Source: Reclinomonas americana ATCC 50394 | Taxonomy: Eukaryota | Reading direction: 5' to 3' | NCBI GenBank assembly: GCA_048213135.1 | Contig: PS015319.1 | Location: forward strand, 21,822 to 63,151 | Length of the DNA: 41,330 bases | In this document: positions 12,008 through 41,330 of the stretch, one piece after another | How positions within the stretch are numbered: the first letter of the stretch is position 1 | Layout of the letters: each line of letters begins with the position of its first letter | The notes under the pieces: generated by a model | The model's input: the letters and a program-made list of their open reading frames with translations, nothing else | What the model was told of the DNA's origin: nothing | Databases searched by the model: none | Made by a program: the position numbers and the translations under genes

Positions 12008-12946
12008 ATGTTGCGAGGTTGAGTGAGTGAGGAGGGAGCGCTGGATTGCGATTGGCACGTTGGTTTGCGGGCACCCACGGAGTTGTAATTACCGCTGCAA
12101 CAAACGACTGTGCCAACCATTACCGCAGTGAGAGGAGCGTCGCCGACAACCGGCATACTCTCCTTTGCTCAACCTCATCTCAAGCGACGATGCGTTTGAT
12201 TATGGGATGGTCTTCGAGGTTTCAGTTGTTTTCATGCAACTTTGACGTTGGGATTCATGAACATATCTACGGCTTGTGTTGCAGCGCTCGGTACCCGCTG
12301 GTCTTTCCATCTTTTGCCTTCGACGTTGACGTCGAGCAGTAGGACAAGCGACGTTCTTCTCACAAACTGTCTCAATCACCAGAGCGCCACCGCCACTGTG
12401 CGTGTGTGGGTGCGCGCGCGCGTGTGTGTTTGTGCACATGTTATGCAGCGATCTCCTTCGCGGGAGACATTCGCAAGATGCGACAGGCGGCAGAGAAACA
12501 CGCGCAAAGAGTGTTGCTGGTGAGTTCACACTCCACACACACGATCGCTCTCTCACTGTCTCTCTCACTAACTGTCTCTCTCACTCACACACACAAGCGC
12601 GCTCTCTCTCTCTCCCTCCAAGTGCTCTGTCCGTATTTTGTCTAACTTTTTCTCTCTTCGCTTTGCCTTTCTCTCCTCAACAATCGCCCTTGCTTCACAT
12701 CTCCCTTCCCACCTCTGTTGCTCTCTCACGCGCACTCTCCCTCACACACGCATTCTCCATTTTTTGACCAATCGTTCAGTCTCTCGCGTCCTCTGTGTCT
12801 CTCTCGCGCACTCGCTGGTATTGTCGTACCAGTGGTTCACGCAGCTCACTCTCACCCCCCGCTTGTACAACCTGCTGCTTAATTCTCACTCGGCTGCTCA
12901 CTTGTTTTTTCGTCACCGTGTGTTCGAATTCTCACGTATCTGTCGC

Positions 12947-34405
<21,459 letters not shown>

Positions 34406-34883
34406 TGTGGGAGGGGATGGAGGAGAAAGGAGAAGGGGGATAAAGAGAGAGAGAGAGAAAGAGAAGAAAGGGAGAGGGGAAGTGGAAGAGAGGGGAAAAG
34501 GTGAAGGAGAGAGAAAGCGAGGAAGATAGAGAGAGAGTAAGAGAGACAGAAAGAAAAAAGAAAGAAAGAAAGAAAGAGAGATTGGTAGAAGAAGGAGGAG
34601 GGAGAGAAAAAAGACAGGTAGAAATTACGGGCGGGAATGGAGAGAGAGAAAGCGATGGAGAGAGAAAGAAAGAAAGAAAGCAAGCAAGCAAGAAAGAAAG
34701 CAAGAAAGAAAGAGAGAGTCAGAAAGAAAGAAAGAGAGAAAGAGAGGAAGGAAAGATGAAAGAAAGAATGAATGAAGACGGACTGAAAGAAAGAAGGAAA
34801 GAAAGAAAGAAAGGCAAGAAAGAAAGAGAGGTAGAAATTGAGAGCGGGGATGGAGAATGAAAGAGCGGGAATGGTGAGAGATG

Positions 34884-34928
<45 letters not shown>

Positions 34929-35616
34929 TGTGAGAGAGAGAGAGAGGAGGAGAGAGAGAGAGAGGAGGAGAGAGACGAGAGAGTAGTAGGAGGGAGGGAG
35001 AGTGGTACGTAGTTACCTACCCGACCGTACTACCTCGTCGCGCACGAACGACCGTCCCGTCNNNNNNNNNNNNNNNNNNNNGAGAGAGGGAGAGAGAGAC
35101 AGAGATTGAGAGGGGGAGAGAGGTTGAGTTATTACCACCCGACTAACTCCTGCTGCACAGATCCCGCTTCCGCTGTCACGTGGAGGAGACACAACGAGGA
35201 CGCTGGGAGCTCGGCGACCGAGTTTGTCGTTGCAAATGGCGGTGCCTTTACCGCAAGCACGGGTGCGTTTGTGAGTGCGGGTGTGTGTGGGGTATTGTGG
35301 GCGAAGATTGCTGAGTGTGTGTGGGCGTAGTTGCAGAGGTCGAAATTGGCGTCGTCGAGTGGGGTTGGGGCGGGCGATGGAGCGCGGCAAGTGGGTGGGC
35401 GGGGGGAGGTTGCGGAGTTTAGTGGATGAGAGTAAAAGGGAAGTGAATTGGTGTGGCCTCTTAAACCTCAATTGAATTGTCTCCTTATAAGATCATGCTT
35501 CCCGGCGACAATTCCAAAGCTGGTGCACGCAACCTGTCATGTGTTGTTGATGGTACGCCCGTCCTTCTTACAAGAAATCAGCATCGTTATCTGTATTTTA
35601 AGATCGTGCTCATTCA

Positions 35617-38600
35617 TCACAAAGCAAACGTCTCTCGGTGGGCGTCAATAGCAAAGGAGCACGTTGACTGTGAGAAGCTTTGCTTCAACACCTCGTCCTC
35701 CAACGCAGTCGGACCGCATACCAAAACCGCCATGCGATCCACCCCGCGCTTCAAGGCCTCGTGTTTCTGATCAGCAATAATCTGCGTGCACCCGAATCAG
35801 TGAGTGCCACGTCATCACCACTGCGTGAGTGCTACTCCCACGTACCTGCTTAATGTCTGGTCGGCCAGCATACAAGGCAAGTGGGCATTGCAGCTCCATC
35901 ATCCGCCCCGGTTGGTTATTCGAGCCTTCGAAGACAGACGTCGGCTGCGATGCCACCTCGTCCAAGCGCTTGATGGGCGAATCAACGCGCTCAACATTGG
36001 ACGTGGAATACAGCTCGAGAATGAATGACGTGCGCATGCCACCAATTTCGTTGGCGATTTTCGTAAACATCTTGCGGAACCACTGCCACGCCTGGTTGAG
36101 ATGGATGTCAGCACGATGCGCTCTCTGTCCGGAAAAAAGTGCAGAAAACGCAAACCTCCGAATCACGGGAGGCCCACACCAGACGGACTTGTGTGTCTGC
36201 CAGCTGACGTCCTTCCACCAATGACCCCAAGTAGCCCTACCAATAAGAGTTAGAAACACGTCTGCGCGACAAAACCTTGCAATGCGTATGACACAAACCA
36301 GCAGTGACGCCATGGGTGTGATGCCAATGCCACCCGCCACAAGCAGAATACTGCGGTACGACGCCGCATCGACCGAAAAGGAGCCGTACGGGCCATCAAC
36401 GTGCACTTTTAGTGGAAGCTGGCCGACGTGCTGTGTCAGCTTCCGTGTCCACGAATTACCGGGTGCGGCCTTGATGTGGAACGTGATGGAGGTCGAAGAG
36501 TGGGAGCGATTTGGAGAGGAGCTGATGGTGAATGGATGGCGCTGGAAGCTGCGGAAATGGGGGAAAGGTGGGGAAGGGGAGGGGAAGGGGGAAGGAGAGG
36601 GGAAGGGGGAAGGGGGAGGGAGGGGAAGGAGAGGTGGTGAATAATAGGAAGATGAANNNNNNNNNNNNNNNNNNNNNNNNNNNNNNNNNNNNNNNNNNNN
36701 NNNNNNNNNNNNNNNNNNNNNNNNNNNNNNNNNNNNNNNNNNNNNNNNNNNNNNNNNNNNNNNNNNNNNNNNNNNNNNNNNNNNNNNNNNNNNNNNNNNN
36801 NNNNNNNNNNNNNNNNNNNNNNNNNNNNNNNNNNGAAGGGGAAAGGAGCAGGGGGAGGAGAAGGGGCGGAGATGGGGGATGAGAAGGGGGAAGAGAAGGG
36901 GGAAGAGAAGGGGGAAGAGAAGGAGGAAGAGAAGGGGGATGAGAAGGAGGAAGAGAAGGGGGATGAGAAGGAGGAAGAGAAGGGGGATGAGAAGGGGAAG
37001 AGAAGGGGAAGAGAAGGAGGAAGAGAAGGGGGATTATCACAGGCGAACACAATGGGAAGAGAGAAAAGAGGAAAGATGAATGGGTGCGCGAGGGAAAGAG
37101 AGAAAGAGGGAAAGGGAAGTCGACGGAATGCGAGTTACGGTGGTGGGGAACACTGTGTACTCCCACAATTCCCGTACCTGCTAATGGCTGGGATGTGCAG
37201 CATCATGAACTGGCCCGGACGATACGAGAATGACTTGCCGTCACAACGCGTCAGAGTGAGCACGCAAACATCAGTCGAGTCGCCAGCAAACTTGAGTGAG
37301 GACTGCATGTGGAGAGCACTCGAGTGAGTGAAGACCTCTAAAACACAGCAATCAGAGAGAGAGAGGCGTACCGATACGGCTCGGAACCATCGCATCGCCT
37401 GAATCAACCAATCCACAGCCAGCAAAATGACACCCTGCTCACAGACGCACGTCAGTCACATCAGTAAGGCTAGTTGTTGCACACAGAGCCTACAACAGAT
37501 CCGCAACTGGCGCCATCCACACGATTGTCTCCGAAGCGTGCAGTGCACAAAAGAACATCACCACCAGGAAAAGAAAGTGGGTGTACTTGAAGAGCTCCCA
37601 CGCGCGCCGGCGGATGCATTCAAACGCCGTCAAGGCCATAACAATCATGCACGCCCAAGCTGGAGAACATGTTCGAACATCAACAGTTAGTAAACAATTG
37701 AAGTAGAGGCAGGTACGTCTCCAGAACACCAATCACCTACAAAGCCCGACAGTCCTGAATATGCCCCAGCACCACTCCATCCAAACAAAAGAGACGTGCC
37801 AGATGCTGACGACATTGCGAGACCCCAGCCATGAGTGGTCACCGATACGACAAACAGTCGTGACACCCTGTACGAGTTCGCGGGTGAATACAGTTACATG
37901 ACACAGAGAGAGAGAGAGAGAGAGAGAGAGTAAGAGAGAGAGAAGAGAGAGACAGACAGAGAGAGAGAGAGAAGAGAGAGACAGACAGAGAGAGAGAGAA
38001 AGAGAGAGAGACAGAGACAGAGAGAGAGAAAGAAAGGAAGAGAGAGACGCACACACACATATATACAGAGAGAGAGACACGCACACACTTACGTAGACAT
38101 ACATGCACACAGACACAAAGACACACACACAGACACACAGACAAGCACACACGCACACACAAGCATAAACAGAGAGACATACACGTGTACACACTTTTCT
38201 CACACGAACACAAAGTAACACACGTTCAAACAAATACATACAGCTAGAAGAGAGACATAAATACACAGGGTCGCTCTCTCCCAAACACACAACACACACA
38301 CACGCAAACACACATACATGCATACAGCTAGAAGAGAGAAACATAAATACACACTATCGCTCTCTCACAAACACACAACACACACACGCACACAGGCGAA
38401 CATACACACACAGAGAGAGAGAGACAAAAATATATACACACACTCTCATACAAACATACACACCATCGATGGTACTTGATGGCGCGGTCGTACGACATGC
38501 CGAAAATCAACAGAACCAGCGAGTTGCGTGCGACTGGAATGAACAGGAAAGCAATGTTCACCAAGTTGATGTCGCCGAGCACCAGGAATGCTGTGTACAA

Positions 38601-40803
38601 CACGCTGTGCGCAACAAGAGTCAGGGCCACCTCATCAACGTGCCAACACCAACCGTACGGAAACTGACGCAACAAATCTCCACTGGGCTGTCGCTGCAAA
38701 TACTGGCTCCCATACGTAATGGCGAGCAAGCCAATGTACATGAGTACGACCAAGAGTTCGCCGATCGACATGTCGACAATGCTGTGCAGGTCGACAAACT
38801 TCAGCAGGGCGCTCGTCGGGTGGCGGCCCAGTTTCTGGGCAGGGAAGCACTTGTGAAATCAAGTCAATGATTGGAATCGAAGACGCTGGTCGTCTTACCT
38901 GGTGCAAAAGGAAGCGAGACAATCCGTGAGCAGGCTTGCTCACGGCATACAGAAGGAGAGCGCCGGTTCCGAGAATACAGGCGAGAAAGACACCGAGGTA
39001 CACAATGTAGGTTCGGATGGAGAATGACCACGAGCTCGATGAGGAGCCGGTGGTGGCGGGGGCTGTGGGGGTGGTGGGAGAGAGGCCTGTACGAATGGAG
39101 AAGGGGGTGTTAGAGGGGGTTAGAGGGGAAGGAGGGGGAAGAAGGGGTGAGGGAGGGGGAANNNNNNNNNNNNNNNNNNNNNNNNNNNNNNNNNNNNNNN
39201 NNNNNNNNNNNNNNNNNNNNNNNNNNNNNNNNNNNNNNNNNNNNNNNNNNNNNNNNNNNNNNNNNNNNNNNNNNNNNNNNNNNNNNNNNNNNNNNNNNNN
39301 NNNNNNNNNNNNNNNNNNNNNNNNNNNNNNNNNNNNNNNNNNNNNNNNNNNNNNNNNNNNNNNNNNNNNNNNNNNNNNNNNNNNNNNNNNNNNNNNNNNN
39401 NNNNNNNNNNNNNNNNNNNNNNNNNNNNNNNNNNNNNNNNNNNNNNNNNNNNNNNNNNNNNNNNNNNNNNNNNNNNNNNNNNNNNNNNNNNNNNNNNNNN
39501 NNNNNNNNNNNNNNNNNNNNNNNNNNNNNNNNNNNNNNNNNNNNNNNNNNNNNNNNNNNNNNNNNNNNNNNNNNNNNNNNNNNNNNNNNNNNNNNNNNNN
39601 NNNNNNNNNNNNNNNNNNNNNNNNNNNNNNNNNNNNNNNNNNNNNNNNNNNNNNNNNNNNNNNNNNNNNNNNNNNNNNNNNNNNNNNNNNNNNNNNNNNN
39701 NNNNNNNNNNNNNNNNNNNNNNNNNNNNNNNNNNNNNNNNNNNNNNNNNNNNNNNNNNNNNNNNNNNNNNNNNNNNNNNNNNNNNNNNNNNNNNNNNNNN
39801 NNNNNNNNNNNNNNNNNNNNNNNNNNNNNNNNNNNNNNNNNNNNNNNNNNNNNNNNNNNNNNNNNNNNNNNNNNNNNNNNNNNNNNNNNNNNNNNNNNNN
39901 NNNNNNNNNNNNNNNNNNNNNNNNNNNNNNNNNNNNNNNNNNNNNNNNNNNNNNNNNNNNNNNNNNNNNNNNNNNNNNNNNNNNNNNNNNNNNNNNNNNN
40001 NNNNNNNNNNNNNNNNNNNNNNNNNNNNNNNNNNNNNNAGAAAGGGGGAAGAGCAAGGAGGAAGAGAAGGGGGAAGAGCAAGGAGGAAGAGAAGGGGGAA
40101 GAGCAAGGAGGAAGAGAAGGGGGAAGAGCAAGGGGGAAGAGAAGGGGGAAGAGAAGGGAGAAGGAGAAGGGAGGAGAGAAGAGGAAGAAAAGGGGGAGCA
40201 AAGGGGGGAGAGCAAGGTTGAAAAGAAAGGCAATAGGACTCGAAAAAGGAGGGGCGCAGAAAAAATATGGGTTAAGTGGTCGAGAGAGACAAGAAAAAAG
40301 AAAAAAGACGAGGGAGAAAGAGAGGGGTCCAGCGAAGTGTCATGCTAGAAAGGAGAGAGCTCAAGCAAACTGAAAGAAAGGGAGCGCACAGTGCGTGTGC
40401 GAATGCGAAATAAATAGTGCACAGGAGTATCAACAGTCGTGACAACGCAACTCGGGACAGAGCCAGCTCCAGTGTCGGTACCGGTCCCAGTGCCCGTGGA
40501 TGGTGCTGGGCAACCGCCAAGAGTGCCTGCAAAAGGGACAGCAAACCAGTGGTAGATCGAGATAGCGACTCTCATTCTTGAGCACAGGCGACATGCGCAA
40601 AGACGCACACCCCCAACTGACGTACCAGTGGCAGGTGTGGTCACTGTGACGGGCGTTCCGTTGGTGCCATTGCCGAGGAAGTTTACAGGTACCAACTGCA
40701 CACTGTACGTGGTCGACGGACTGAGGCATATTGTCAGCGATTTGACGGAGGAATTGATGTTGGCCAGCGTACTGGCAACGCCACCCACAGGCGTGACGGT
40801 GAC
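35617..40803 (-). CDS. Ferric reductase / NADPH oxidase (FRE/FRO/NOX) family flavocytochrome with N-terminal FN3-like domain; 5' end beyond the window
   Basis: The spliced translation contains the four heme histidines in YHRWVSR..VTTHGW and RRRAWELFKYTHF..CALHA. It also has YRPGQF, FAD-binding HPFTISS, VDGPYG, NADPH-binding LLVAGGIGITP, LVW.SRD, VLVCGP and terminal HRETFAL-stop (TGA 35619-35617). The upstream exon 40803-40626 encodes LSPSTTYSVQLVPVNFLGNG..PVTVTT (FN3 F/G-strand-like). Confidence 0.9.
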
Positions 40804-40859
40804 CTAGTGCACGACATTGATAAGCAAGTACAGATGCGCAGTACAAATCTACTTTCACA

Positions 40860-41280
40860 CACGCGATCATTTTCTCTCTGTCTCTCATCTTCTCATTCTT
40901 CCCTCGGTCTGCCTCTTTTATTCCTCCTTCCCTCCAGCTCACTCACTCTCTCTTTCTCTCTGTTCGCTACAACTCTCTCTCTCTCTCTCTCTCGTACATA
41001 CACACAAAAACACACCATTTTCCTCTCTCTCTTCTTCGTCTCTCGGTGTGCCTCTTTTCTTCCTCCTTCCCTCCAACTCACTCTCTCTCTTTCTCTCGGT
41101 CTGTCTCTTTTCATTCTCCTTCTCTGCAATTCTCTCTCTGTGTGTGTGTGTGTCTCTCTCTCTCTCTCACGTACATATACACAAGAACACACCATTCTTT
41201 CATCTTCTTCTCTCGGTCTGCCTCTTTCTTTCTCCTTCCCTCCAACTCACTCTCTCTCACTTTTCATTCTCCTTCCCTGC

Positions 41281-41330
<50 letters not shown>
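40860..41330. repeat. CT-rich degenerate duplication (~170-190 bp unit) in an intron of the ferric reductase gene
   Basis: ctcggt(c/g)tgcctcttt...cttccctcca(g/a)ctcac recurs at ~40902, ~41042 and ~41212. cgtacata(c/t)acacaa(a/g)aacacaccatt recurs at ~40993 and ~41170. Confidence 0.7.

Noticed and set aside
37755-37799. Apparent GC-AG intron (G|GCACGT...TTCAG) in the ferric reductase
   Set aside because: The 45 nt are in frame and open (GTSLLFGWSGAGAYS) and fit a loop between TM helices, so no intron is needed.

Overview
Intron-rich, GC-rich-coding eukaryotic (most likely protist) draft-assembly DNA with ten N-gaps and abundant AG/CT microsatellites. The six-frame ORF track is largely uninformative, so I reconstructed genes by hand from exon translations and GT-AG boundaries. 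Five protein genes are present. (1) The last exon of class III PI3-kinase Vps34 (+). (2) A complete 11-exon ribonucleotide reductase class Ia large subunit (-) with an atypical ATP-cone N-terminus and an E2F/CCAAT-like promoter. (3) A YFH7/uridine-kinase-like P-loop kinase (+). (4) A ~21 kb gene for a roughly 4,000-aa single-pass surface protein (+): phage/bacterial-type glycine-rich head, Ig-like domains, 31 cadherin-like repeats mostly encoded one per exon, a TM helix and a Pro-rich tail. (5) A ferric reductase/NOX-family flavocytochrome with an N-terminal FN3-like domain (-), truncated at the window edge. The most unusual signal is a second class of 5' splice sites. All 10 donors I could place after an exonic A or C read GTT(G/T)(A/C)G, which is the local consensus GTG(A/C)GT shifted by one base. 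Donors after G or T almost all use the normal register. The second highlight is the giant adhesin, built by exon-unit and 5-exon higher-order duplication.
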